A stretch of DNA of 63,764 nucleotides, counting the filler, from Licmophora abbreviata (lineage: Eukaryota): assembly GCA_900291995.1 (NCBI GenBank). It is 9 parts of 9 records of this genome, joined end to end, with 100 filler letters (N's around TTAATTAATTAA, not from the genome) between each part and the next. Parts side by side here need not be neighbours in the genome. Positions count along the whole stretch, not along the records: positions 11,134 to 25,469 come from OLMU01001209.1; positions 25,570 to 36,620 come from OLMU01001210.1; 7 more parts are not named here. One strand, given 5' to 3'. Numbering within the stretch: position 1 is the stretch's first letter; every line of letters begins with the position of its first letter. The position numbers and the translations under genes were made by a program. Positions 21,811 through 33,852 of the stretch are shown here, one piece after another. The notes beneath the pieces are model-generated. The model was not told the DNA's origin. It made no database searches and saw only the letters and a program-made list of their open reading frames with translations.

Positions 21811-23974
21811 ATGTCAGACGACATCCCCTTCTATCTCATGCCCGTAGCGGCCGTGTTCGGGACGTACGCGCTGTTGGGAGGCTTGCGCGTCCTGTACTTG
21901 ATCTACAAGAACCTAACAGCCAGCAAGAACTCTACTACTCACTCGACCCCATCGCTCTCGTCTCGCTCTTTTTGGTTCTCCGTGCTGACTGTCCTTGCTT
22001 GCGTGCTTGCATATGGTCGTATCGTGGCCTCCGTCAATCACGCCTTGGCCAGCTCGTCCCGCCCGATGCACTTTGACCCGTACGAACTCTTGGAACTGCC
22101 GTCGGGCGTCACCAACACGACGCAGATCAAACAAGCCTATCGTCGCCTGTCCAAACTGTACCACCCCGACAAACAGCAGAGTACTTCTTCCAATGATGGC
22201 AAGGACTTGTTTCAACAGATTCACTTGGCCTACAAGGCTCTCACAGACGAGACAGCCAAGCGCAACTACCAACAGCATGGTCATCCGGACGGACCCCTCG
22301 CATCGCCCACTATGGATTTTGCCTTGCCAGAATGGCTATTACACCCTCAGGGAACCGTCGCTTTAGTACTGATCTTCTTATATCTTGGAATGTTTGTCTT
22401 TTTGATAATCGCTGTCCTTCGATGGGTCAAACAGGATAGCAAGGACGGGGACGAAGCTGACTCGTCGGACTTCACGGACAGTGTCAATGTCAAGGACATG
22501 GCGTACATGGCCAAGCATCTTAGGCCCACGTCCACTCATTTCGACATACTCATGACGATTGCAACGTGTCCTGAAAACATCCGATTGGCCAACAAGGCAC
22601 TTGCCAAAATTGAAGAAATCAAGACGGAGCGAACGAAACAAGTGCAGGATGCCACCAAAATGACGACGACTGATACCACGCTCGATTTGGATGATCTGGG
22701 CGATGATGGATGGGCTGCCGATGATGATGGCGATACTGATGCGGCTCAAAAGGAAAAAGAGGAGGAAGAACGAAAGCAAAAAGATCGAGAACAGCTACAA
22801 ACGGCGCTGGGGAAGAACATCTTGTTGGAAGGAGTTGATCAAGGCGTGATTGGACAAAAGTGGGTCGAGGCGACATTGGCACAAGCCAAACAGTGGCCTC
22901 CGAGCGACCTGGGATTCTTGGAAAAGATGACGTTTGACTACAAGGGAAAGGCTATGTCGGTGGTGGACCATCCCGCGATTCGGAGAAATTTGTGCATGAC
23001 TATGGGACGGCTCAATGCGATTCTTCTCAATGGACATGTTGACTTGTGTGAGTGCAAAGCCGAGAGAATCAATCAGCTTGTGATGAGCAGAGTTTTTGTT
23101 TATCTAATTGAATGCTCGATGCGCTCCTGTCTCTTTTACTTTCTACGTGGCAGTGGAGGCCGGGTCGAAGGGATTGATCGATCAGACCTATTTCAGGGCA
23201 TCCCGGGAGTACCGGCAACGCGTTGGGATGCTTCTGGAGGCCGCCTTACGCGTGGCCGTTTCCGCCAAGTCTTATCGCTTAGCAAAGACGATTGTAGAAA
23301 CAGTAGCCATGTTCAAGATCGGCGTCCCGTCGGCTACCGATCCGAAAAAGGTGGAATGGTTTACGAACGTAATGAAGAAGCAATATCTTGGCGACGCCGG
23401 TGTGCCCAGGTTGGAGATTCACGACATGAGCTTTTTTACTCCAGGAGAGGATGAAATCGCTAATGGCGACCTTTGCACCGTTGAAATGGAGGTGGAACGT
23501 CTTCACGCGGAGAGCTTCACAAAAAATAAGCTGGAGATTTGTCAAAAGCAAGGGATCCCTCCACAGGTGGCATTACAGGCATATAAAGAAGGATGGTGGA
23601 TTTTGCTGAGAGCAGAAAAAGTGGATGGCTCTCCGGACGAAAGGTCGAGTGATTCGTTCAAGGAGAATCATTTGCTCCAGTTTGTCTCCCCGAATGACTT
23701 GGCGGAGCTGTCGGACGAGAAACCAGAGAATCAACTCCTCACGGCATGGCCCATGATGGTACAGAACGTAAGTCATAAGCAAGGCAAGGTCAAGGTACAG
23801 TTCAAGGTCCCGGACACTCCAGGAATGTATCATATCCATGTCGACATTAAGAGTCAAGAATTCCTGGGAGCGGACAAGGTTCTCAGGCAGGTCTTGCTGG
23901 TAAAGGATGTTGACGAGCTAAGACGGCGTCAAGACGAGGAAGAAGAGAATGAGGAAACGAAGAAAGAGCAATAG
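21811..23974 (+). CDS. SEC63: ER translocon J-domain protein Sec63-like (exons 21811-23047, 23154-23974)
   Basis: Three TM helices flanking a J domain (FDPYELL...YHPDK...AYKALTD, GHPDGP, ALPEWL). C-terminal Ig-like part KEGWW...VQFKVP..PG.Y...SQEFLGAD. GTGAGT...CAG intron 23048-23153. Confidence 0.85.
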
Positions 23975-24264
23975 GAGAGGGATACTTTCACGGCTCTAGA
24001 AAGTCAGTTTCATTGGCTCATTGCGAAATAATGTTGACCTAGACTATTGCATCGTTGCGGGGCCACGACCTTTCGTCCTCTCTTCTCAACTTTCACCAAA
24101 CCACGAGCTCTCATCTTTCATGCGAGCTCCAGTAGCCGTGAGAAAAATGCGGGAAGATTGGATTGGAAGATTGATGATTGGCAGCAAAGGCACAACGGCG
24201 CCGGCGAAGAAAAGTAAGCTGCGGCCGGAAGAATCTATGCAACGAGCGGACTTATCAAGCCACC

Positions 24265-25185
24265 ATGCTGTATTCTCGTATCTCTAGAGCGACGTTGTCG
24301 CGCTCTCGTACTCTCGCACGTCGCTGGTTGAGTGAAGATGTCAAGAAGGAAGCAACAACGAAATCCGAAACCACATCCAAGGGCTGGTGGGACAGCGCTG
24401 AGTTTTGGGGCGGCATGGGCGCCCTGGCCGGATGGGGAATGTCAGGTGCTGCCATTTACGATGCGACCTTGCAAGGTCCTGAAGTCATTTCTATGAACAT
24501 GACGTGTGTTTTGATTCTTTACAGCTCTCTGTTTGCTCGTTGGGCCTTCATCGTCAAGCCGCAGAACTTGCTCTTGGCCTCGTGTCACATTGCCAATGTT
24601 GCGGCGCAGATCAATCAGCTGCGACGTGCCCTACAGCACAAGATGGAATCTGGACAAGAGGAGGAAGTTTATGAGATCGGAAGGAAGGCCGCCGTCGCCG
24701 GAGCCGTGGGGGCAGGATTGATTGGGGCGGGTCCTGTTATGCAGAGGACGCTCGTCAATGCCAATCTAGGCGTCGTGTCAACTGTGGCCGGTGCTGATGC
24801 TGGGCCCTTTACCGTGCACTTTTGGGCCCCCATGTCCAAGTGGATGATTTCAGGAGCATCCTTTGCTGACCTCAATCGTCCAACAGACAAAGTCAGCCTT
24901 CCACAGGTACGGCCTGTTTTGTGTGGGTCGCAGGAAATATCGAAACTACGTGCCATGCAGCCAGCGCTTCAGGTCAACTCACCCCCGCTTTCCTATTTTA
25001 TCTTATAGTACACGGCATTGACATTGACAGGATTCTTCTTTACGCGGTATGCTCTTCTCGTGACGCCTGTCAACTACACCTTATGTAGTGTCAACGTGGC
25101 ATTGTTTGGAAGTTCGGCGTGGCATCTCGGTAGAAAAGTCAAAGCTGATTTTATCGACGAGAAACCAGTTGTGAAGGAAGAGTGA
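24265..25185 (+). CDS. Mitochondrial pyruvate carrier, tandem MPC1-MPC2 fusion (exons 24265-24906, 25009-25185)
   Basis: MPC1-like half: FWG..WG..AAIYD..PEVIS.NMT..L..YS.LF.RWAF.VKPQNLLL..CH.AN..AQ. MPC2-like half: AGPFTVHFWAPMSKW....ADLNRP.DKVS..Q..AL..TG....RY.L.VTP.NY.L.SVN. GTACGG...TTATAG intron. Confidence 0.92.
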
Positions 25186-25469
25186 CCGTAAGCATAAGTG
25201 TTTGGAGCTAAGTAAGACCAGCTAGACACACTTCAACACCAGTTACTCAATGATGCCTGTCGTAGGAGTGATCGCTGGCTGTTGTCTTTACAACACCGCC
25301 ATATCTACATCACTCTAGCTAGTAGAGTAGGGCTGTCTTGCACAGGTGTCCGTCGAGCTCAGTCCAAGGATGCGATGATTACCAGAAGCAAAGCTGTTGC
25401 TGGACTTGAATCATAGCTCTGGATGAAGGGACACTGTGAGAGCTCAACTCCTTTTCGAAATCCTCTCCG

Positions 25470-25569
25470 NNNNNNNNNNNNNNNNNNNNNNNNNNNNNNN
25501 NNNNNNNNNNNNNTTAATTAATTAANNNNNNNNNNNNNNNNNNNNNNNNNNNNNNNNNNNNNNNNNNNN
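25470..25569. other. Artificial assembly spacer
   Basis: N44-TTAATTAATTAA-N44. Confidence 0.98.
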
Positions 25570-25851
25570 GAAGCGTACATCATTGCAATACATACATGTC
25601 TCAATGTTGTATTCACGACTGATTTTTCAACGGAGAACTGACCGACTCGCTCGACTCGATTTCGTCGTACGTACCGTCAGGTACAAAGCGTCCGTAGAAA
25701 AGTCCAGTCAGCCGACCTCGCCCAGTCTTGTCAAGCATACTTCTCCCTCCACAGAAAGGAACCGCGGGACACAATCGCTCTTGCGGCTCTATTGGAACTC
25801 CCCCCCTTGCCTTGTTTCGCTCTTCTGCCTCTCCTTTCATTCTTGTCCGCC

Positions 25852-27270
25852 ATGGAACTTCGTGTGGGAAAGAAATACCGCCTTGGGCGCAAAATCGGGA
25901 GCGGTTCTTTTGGAGACATTTATTTGGGGACAAACATGACCACTGGCGAAGAAGTCGCCATCAAGCTCGAATCCGTCAAGACGAAACACCCCCAGCTGCT
26001 CTACGAGAGCAAGATATACCGAATTCTTCACGGAGGACGTAAGTTATCACGTGAAATGCAGAGAAAAAAGGTGACATGTTGAAGGCCCGTGACCGCTCGT
26101 CCTTGTCCCGTAAAACATGTACTGGGCTCTACGTGGAAGCCAGCCAGCCGCCGGCCCTCGTCAGAAGGCCAATGCTTGCAGCTGTGACACTAACGCACGG
26201 TCGTCTCCCTTTGTTTCGTATCTTCTCTTTCAGTGGGCATTCCGAATGTGCGGTGGTATGGAATTGAAGGAGATTACAATGTCATGGTCTTGGACCTTCT
26301 CGGCCCTTCACTGGAGGACCTCTTCAATTACTGCGGACGCCGGTTTCAGCTCAAAACTGTCTTGATGTTGGCAGATCAGCTTTTGGGACGATTGGAGTAC
26401 GTTCATACAAAGTCTTTCATTCATCGCGATGTCAAACCTGATAACTTTCTGATTGGTCTCGGCAAGCGTCAGTCGGTGATTCACGTTATTGATTTCGGTT
26501 TGGCCAAAAAGTATCGTGACCCCCGCTCCCACCAGCACATTCCCTACCGTGAGAACAAGAACCTAACTGGCACGGCTCGGTATGCCTCCATCAATACTCA
26601 CATTGGCATTGAGCAGAGTCGCCGTGACGATCTCGAGTCCTTGGGATACGTACTCATGTACTTTATTCGTGGCTCCCTTCCCTGGCAGGGACTTAAAGCC
26701 AATACGAAGAAGCAGAAGTACGAGCGTATCATGGACCGCAAAATGTCCACTAGCACTGAACAGCTCTGCAAGGGCTACGCGACTGAATTCAGATCGTACT
26801 TTGAGTACTGTCGATCGCTGCGTTTCGAAGATCGACCGGACTATGCCTACCTCAAACGTCTCTTCAAGGAACTCTTCTATCGCAAGGGCTTTCAGTACGA
26901 CAATATGTTTGACTGGACTGTCTTGAACTTGCAACAAGAGCGTTCTCGGGTTCCACCGGAACGACCAATCATGTCATCACAACAGCAGGGTGGAGACACG
27001 CAGAGAACGGGCGACGAAGCAGCTGGAAAAAGCCGTGACGATGGTCATCGCAAGCAGGCTGCTGACGAACGAGACCGAAGTCGGTCGGGAAACGACCATC
27101 AGTCGTTCCAGAATCGTGACCATGCAAGCCAGCGGAGTGGATCGCGTGGATATCAGCGAGCGCAAGGATACCAGCCGTCGGGTAGTCAACACAACCAGTC
27201 TGGACACGGCTCCCAATCGGGTGGCGACAAGCCAGTAGGATACCGGACAAGATCATCGGGTGGTCAGTGA
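25852..27270 (+). CDS. CK1: Casein kinase 1 (exons 25852-26038, 26234-27270)
   Basis: [73 protein letters not shown]...TTTCAG intron. Confidence 0.97.
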
Positions 27271-27531
27271 GAAGGAAAAGAATTGAAAGGAAGTTGAAAT
27301 CTGAAGCTGACAAAAAGGATGCGTAAAGACCTACTCAGAGAGACAAGGATGAAACTCGTCGAAAGAGGACGCGCCGAGAGTGGAGGCAGGGGCATTATAA
27401 GTATCGACAAGATGCTGAGGTGGCATTTAGTTCGTTTTCAGTGTCTGGCTAATGTAGCCCCAGTGTGGAGGAATGGCGTCGTGTATTTGAAATTACGTAA
27501 CCGAACTAGCGATAGTGGTACATCAGTGCGT

Positions 27532-29899
27532 TTATATTATGATTCCTTCGTCACTTGCTGCTACAGAAGAATTCTCCAATGTGTCTGCGGCCTCGAACAC
27601 GTCGATAGCCAAATGTTCGGCTTGCTCCTCGGCGCTCACCAAATTAGCAACAGCAGGGAGAGATGGTGATCGAAACACAGGTCGAAGGCGAGACCGATGA
27701 GGCTCATGCATGGTCACTGCAAGCCTCTCTTGATCCGCCAGCTTGTCCATACTTGTAGACCGCTTGAGAGAAAGGAGATTGAAGAAACCTTTCTTAGCAA
27801 ACTTTCTTTCGGCAGCCCCGTGCTGTGGGCTAGGTGGCCCGTCAGTCTTTGCGCTTTCGCCATCCCATTCCGCTTTTCCTTCACGGAGTTTTGCCTCGGC
27901 TTCTTCTTTGAGTCGAAGTTCACGTTCCAACTCCAATAGCTTGCGCTCCTTACGTTCATGCCGCTTCTCTCGTCGTTCTTCACTCTCCTTCCGAAGTATC
28001 TCCTCTTGGAGCAGCGTCTCCTGCCACTGAGCGTACATGGTATGTCCCAGGTAGCTCATGGAGTTCAGCTCAAGCGTCTTCATAAGCCGGAGAAAGTGGA
28101 ACTCCACCTGAGATGGTTTGCTGTGGAGCGAGAAACCAAGCGCCTATATACGACAGCAGAGGAACGGAAACCATTATAAGAGCAAAGAAATAAGGACTTT
28201 AAAGGGCATGCGAAAGCTTCGTCGGTACGTACCGCGAATACACCCCACTCCGCCGCAAAGACATTCTTCAAGGAGAGCTGCCAATCGTGAGCAAAGAATT
28301 CCAAAAGAGAAGCAAAAATTGTGTCGCTCTGCTTGGTGGGCCGAATGAAAGTACTGATTCGAGTCTTCATACCAGCAGTCTCGTCGTCTTCTCTTCGCAT
28401 CACAAGTTTGACGTTCGCCTCGTTGATCTTGGCGGCGAGCAGCAGGCAGGCGGCAAACGTCAGCCTACGATTCGACTTGTCTACACGACAGTCCAAACAC
28501 AATCTCTCAAAATAGACACATGCTTGAGCAACTGTTCCGACTTCCAGACCGGCTTCCACAGCGGCGATGAGTGCCTGTTGTTTGACATTGCGAATCTTGG
28601 AAAGCGTGAGAGAAGGTGGCATACGAATCAAGTCTTTGGGTTCAGCAGTCATGGAGGATGCTGTGGAAGACAGAGACCCCTGACGAGGACGCCGCTCCTC
28701 TCGGCTACCGTCATCTTGGGCCTCGGTTGGATCCATAAGTGTGTAAACTCCATCCAGGACCTTGGCCCCAATGAACTTCCACTGAGCCTTAGGCGGTTCC
28801 CATCCATCAAAACGCTCTTTGAATTGCTTGTTGAGCTCTGCCTTCAGATCGCTAGGCTGAACAAACAGGATGGTAGAAGATACGAGTGGACCGGTAACTC
28901 GATCGCCAATCATGACATGCCGGTGACGTCCCTGCACCATTTCCGGATCATCGAGAAATCCTGGCAGGTAGGCATCCGCTTCCTCGGACGATGCAGTCGA
29001 TAGGTCGTCATCTGCAGCATCATCAGGATGGAGATGATCGTCAGCTTGCTCCTCCAGACTCTTTAACAACAATCGATTGAATGCATTGCTTCTCACAGCT
29101 TCTCTTCTCTCCAGCAAGGCCCGATAGGACGTCCCGCGCCAGTCGCGTTCCGGGAATACGAACTGAGAACCACCGCCGCCCAAGGCCTCCAGTTTCTGTC
29201 GTCTCCTCGCCGCTTCTTCCTTTTTAGGCTCATATCGTACTACCGAAAAGACTCCCATAGGATAACTTCCCCCCGCCGAAAAGAAGACACGCCATTCAAC
29301 AGGGGCGTACTACCAGAGTCCAGCCCATGCGCCACACGTATTTCAAATTCGCGCACAGCCGCCTGTCGTGCAATCGAACGCTGCCGCGTTCGACCCTCAA
29401 TCATCCCCGTCACAGGAATCGTGACCTTGACAGCTTCATCCCCATCCAACCGCCGTCCTGGTGCCGCTAGATGGTGCGCAGCCTTCAATAGAGCATTGTG
29501 GCTCTTGGCTTCCGGGCGTTCCAGTTCCTCTCCGTGCAGTGTCGCAGTGCGCAGAAGGTCACCACCATCCCGTATGGACACCTCCGTCGACCCCACAACA
29601 TACTTTTCCCACCACCGTCCCGTCGCAGTATGATAACGATCGTGTCGTTCGTCGCCTTGCTGTTGCTGCATCCATCCAGCCTGGACAATGGAGGGCTCGT
29701 GGTGCATGGGAATATGGAGCAAGAAGTCGAGTGCGGCAATGTCGCGTGTCACCCATTTCGTCGCGTCTTGTTGTTGATCTTGTTGTTGTTGATCTTGTTG
29801 TTTTCCTGCTACTCTTCCTAGAGTACGATACAGCCGGGCACGAGATACGAATGGAGTCGCGTTGCTCGCCGTGAAGCCGCCGTGGGAGGACGACGCCAT
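27532..29899 (-). CDS. CABLES-like cyclin-box protein; frameshift at about 29292, intron 28144-28232
   Basis: FLDDPEMVQGRHRHV, ELNKQFKERF, SLTLSKIRNVK, TVAQACVYFERL, K.NRRLTFAACLLLAAK and AAEWGVFA|ALGFSLH match CABLES motifs; AALDFLLHIP near the N-terminus. Confidence 0.85.
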
Positions 29900-30024
29900 G
29901 GTGACAGGAAAAAAAAGTGCCAAACGGCATCCTTCCGTCCCTCCGTCCATCCGAAAACGACACCCCTGCGGTGAAGTTGTGAATCAAATCAAATCTCAAA
30001 TCTCGCCACTTGGATCCTCCCATG

Positions 30025-30057
<33 letters not shown>

Positions 30058-30069
30058 ACGACGACGACG
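30025..30069 (+). repeat. (ACA/ACG)15 trinucleotide microsatellite
   Basis: acaacaaca...acgacgacg, lying between two divergent genes. Confidence 0.9.
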
Positions 30070-30162
30070 ATGGCACCGCCTCTTGTCTTGTGCGCCTCCC
30101 CCCAAAGCGCACAGACATGTATGCCTCCCCTAACGAGACAACGAAGGAGACGACAGCGTAGC

Positions 30163-32210
30163 ATGCGGAGAATGGTGCCATCATCGATGTGCCTCGTGGC
30201 ATCATCCCTCATGGTTTTAACACTACTACAGAGGACCGGAGCACGACGGACTGATGTGAATAATTGTCATGGTGATACAGCAGTACTGCCTCGTCGGACC
30301 TTGTTTGTAAGGGGTGGTACGAAGGATGACGAGGATGCTGAAATTGACGCGTACATTGAAGAGCTCATCTCGAACGTCGAAGACGAGTCTGGCGACAGCG
30401 AGACAGAGAAAGAGGCTTTGCAAGCAATCCATACAGATACAAAAGACGATGTAGTAGTAGACGACGACGAAGAAGAATCCGAGGCAGAGGAGGAGGAAGC
30501 CGCAGTGTCGACTGAAAAGCAAACACGCCCGGTCGACGGTTCTGATGACGAGCAGAATGACGAGATAGTCGCCAAAGTGGAACCGAGAGACTTTACAGAA
30601 AACATAGAGGCAGGAGATGAAGCCTCTGGCGAGGAGGAGCAGGATGCACCTGTGACTGACCAGCTCGTTCTAGCCACCCCGTCATTGAAAAAGAGCAAGC
30701 GGACAACAAAGAATGCCTCTATCAGTGACACGGAAGATACGAGAACACGTGCAAATCAATCGATAGAGAAACCGGTAGCTGCACCTGTGGTCATTCCCAA
30801 CGCCGTGTATCGCTTCTTGTTGGGACGAGGTCGCATCGGACACATCATTATCATGGTGTGCATTTGGATCACAGAGTTTGTCCAGACGTACGTTCCTCCT
30901 CTTGCGACCGTTCTGGGAATGATTGCATCACGGGTCTTTCCACCAATGAAGGCACGAGCCTATGACGATCGTGCCAGAGGTCCTCTCCCCAAAGTCAATG
31001 CGCAATACACGGGCTTTGTGTCATCGGACGGAACGACGGGTCGGACCAAACAAAGAAAGAAGCAAGCTCGTTTGGCGGACCAAGATGCACTGGAGAAGCT
31101 ACGACGCATCGGAAGTGTACGAGAAGCCAAGTACCGACATGTCAGTATCGATTTCATGAAACGGTACGTCCATGTGTAGATGATGCGGTTCGCTGCCGCT
31201 CGGTGACTGCAAGTATTCCTTCTGATGTGTCAAATGGTTACTCGGCTCGATCCTCTGTATCATCTCTGCCCCCCCACACAGGCACCATATCGGACCATAC
31301 AGAGAGACCAAGCCCACGTACATCGTTGAGGAAGCGCCCAGGCGCTCAAGAAAGAATGCACTTGCTGTGGCGGCTCCATCTAGAGTGGAGGAGGAGAGCG
31401 ATATCGATTGGGTCGTCGAAGCCCTTACGATGGACGACGCACCTCTGGCGGACGAGAAACAGACGTCGCCAGTGGAAACCACTGTCTCACTAGGCATGGG
31501 ACCTGAGGGTCCATCGATGACGGTGGGCGTCGAGTTTGCGATCGGAAAATCCAAGAAAAAACGGCGGAAAACCGCGCTTGAGGCAGTCACAGAAGTCTCT
31601 TCAGCCACACACAAGAAAGCCCGAGTTGCAGGCCCACGAGCGAGCGATCGGGATGGAGGTGGCGGTGTCATGGGTCGTCTCCGAGCAGCAGGTGCCAATA
31701 GTCTTGTGTCACGGTCTCTCTTGGGCGCATATCCCGGCGACGCACTCCCTCCAAGTGAGGCGGCGAGTGCAGATGGAATGATAGCCCTGGCCGAAAAGTA
31801 CGGCTATGGCGAGTGGTCGGAGAGCGAGGACGACGAGCGCGAGGAACTCTTCGAGCCGCGACGTACAGTTCGCAAGAAGAGAAAGAAGAGAACGACGAGC
31901 ACAAGGACAGGCAGAGCGAGAAGCGAGAAATCCTCTTCTAGTTTCTCCATTGGATTTGATATCTCGCCAAGTACCCCGTCGGATTCCTCCTCTTCAAGAA
32001 GGCGCTCCAGCCTGCCGACACGAACAGAATCATCGTCATCCCGATTGACGTCACTCGAAAGCAGAAAGAAAGCGACCGCTGGTTGACTCAGAAGACATTC
32101 TTGGTGATAGGTCATCTTCTCGGCATCGAGAGGTCCGGGTCCGGGCACCGATGGAGCGGCTGAACGAAGCTCGTTCAAAACTACCGAACAAGGACGGAGA
32201 AGACACCTAG
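30163..32210 (+). CDS. Hypothetical membrane protein (signal-like N-terminus, acidic region, TM segment); intron 31164-31281; possible frameshift at about 32070
   Basis: ORFs 30010..31179 and 31367..32086 are joined in frame by a GTACGT...CACAG intron. The C-terminus may continue KRPLVDSEDILG...GEDT* to 32210. Confidence 0.6.
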
Positions 32211-32426
32211 CCAGAGGCGAACGAATGTAATATTTACTCTAAACAGGGTATCTATAGGTCGTATATGAATTGAATTGGGTGGATGCAGTCGCCAGTGCCT
32301 AGCGAATGCACGGCGCCGTGCTTGTATCATACATCATTCGAAAAATGAATGTGCAACGTGCACACAGACGATGTAGTGTACAATAAAGGAAAGCTTGTGC
32401 AGAAGCACCTGTGTCCCTCACTTCAT

Positions 32427-33098
32427 CTAACGAACATATCGCTCAATGAACTTGTTCGTGATAGACACGGGAGGGCATCCATGGTTCATGCCAAACGCCC
32501 ACTCATGGGCTTGTTGGACTTTGCGGCGGCGCTCGGCGAGTCTCAGTTCTTGTTCCGTGTACCCAACGGCGCGAAGGCGAAGACGACGCTCGTGGACATC
32601 CAACGAGCCCAGATCGACCGAATGACATCGACCCCTCTCCTCTCCCATCTGCTGATGACGATCGATGTCGTAGACTTGACTTTGTTGGTTGAAGGCCCAA
32701 TCGAGGGCAAGAGGAAAGCCGCCTTCTGTACTGGGATTGTCACCCAAAATACGGCGGTATTCACGCACTTGGACGTTCAAGAAGGAGACCGATTTCTTCT
32801 CCGTCTTGGGCTTGTCTACCGTAATTTCAACTTGTTCCTCGTGAACCGAGAGGGGATCGACGAATTCTGAAGAGAGGTCGGTGAAGGAATCGTCTTCAGA
32901 GAGGGAGACGACAGTTGGAGATTCCTCAACCAAAGGAGGAAAGGCAAGTAGTTTTGACGCAGGCACTGGACTGCCCAGCTTCCCGGCCCGAGCCTTTCCT
33001 CGCCATCCGAGCTTGAGACGTTTGATTTGAAGCAACTTCATGAGAGGGCGTTTATGCGGAGTAGTAGTGGTCACTGAAGGTAAAGTTTCGTCCATCAT
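32427..33098 (-). CDS. Diatom-type hypothetical protein with a KSVSF (RVxF-like) + GDNPS motif
   Basis: KKSVSFLNVQVREYRRILGDNPSTEGGFPLALDW...ERRLRLRAVGYTEQEL. Confidence 0.7.
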   Translation of the reverse strand: MMDETLPSVTTTTPHKRPLMKLLQIKRLKLGWRGKARAGKLGSPVPASKLLAFPPLVEESPTVVSLSEDDSFTDLSSEFVDPLSVHEEQVEITVDKPKTEKKSVSFLNVQVREYRRILGDNPSTEGGFPLALDWAFNQQSQVYDIDRHQQMGEERGRCHSVDLGSLDVHERRLRLRAVGYTEQELRLAERRRKVQQAHEWAFGMNHGCPPVSITNKFIERYVR

Positions 33099-33852
33099 GG
33101 TGATGTTTGTGACAACAAGATCGCATCAAGGCGAAAATCGATGAACATCTCAAGAAGCTTCGCATTCGGAAAGAGCATATGTTCTTTCTCATCGTCCGCA
33201 TTGATGTTGACACATCCCATGGTATGAATCGTATGTAGAAATCTCAAATAACATTCCTTGGACGATAGAATTTAGTAGCTTTCTGAAACTCCAATTATGC
33301 TCCGGCTCGGTGACTGCCAAAATCCTATTTCAGTGATGCCTGATGTCAGAGAAAAGAATAAGTAGAATATCACATGCGACAACTTTTGCCTGATTCATCT
33401 CTCTCTTCCAAGATACTGAAGTTGATCATCGGAAATTCCACGCTTCTGTAGATTCTTACGAGGCATCCCTAGGACAACAGGGAATGAGAATAATCTTCCC
33501 AGACCGTCAGTTTGAAAAGGAATTCCTGACGTACGTGTCTAGCTTGATCTACGCGATTTTTACCTTCACCATACCATGACCGCCACAAATTGAGGGTGGG
33601 AGGGGTTGCCGATGACAGGTCAAGTCATAAGACAGACAAACAAGCACACAGATGAAAAGTGCTCGAACAAAGTTTTATCACAGACATTATGCCTCCCCAG
33701 GCTTATCAAGACTCTTATTAATGGATACGTGGACGATCAACGCCGTGCAAAGAAGCGCGGGAAGGCGGTTGTTGCAAAAAATGAATGAGCTACAAACCAC
33801 GAATACATCGTTTGACACGACTGTCATCCTCTTCCAATCGATGAAGTAAGAC

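Noticed and set aside
29559..30212. Poly-Val and poly-Asn ORFs
   Set aside because: These are alternative-frame translations of the ACA microsatellite.
32084..32086. TGA as selenocysteine or read-through
   Set aside because: Further stops follow within a few codons and there is no redox-motif context; a nearby indel explains it better.
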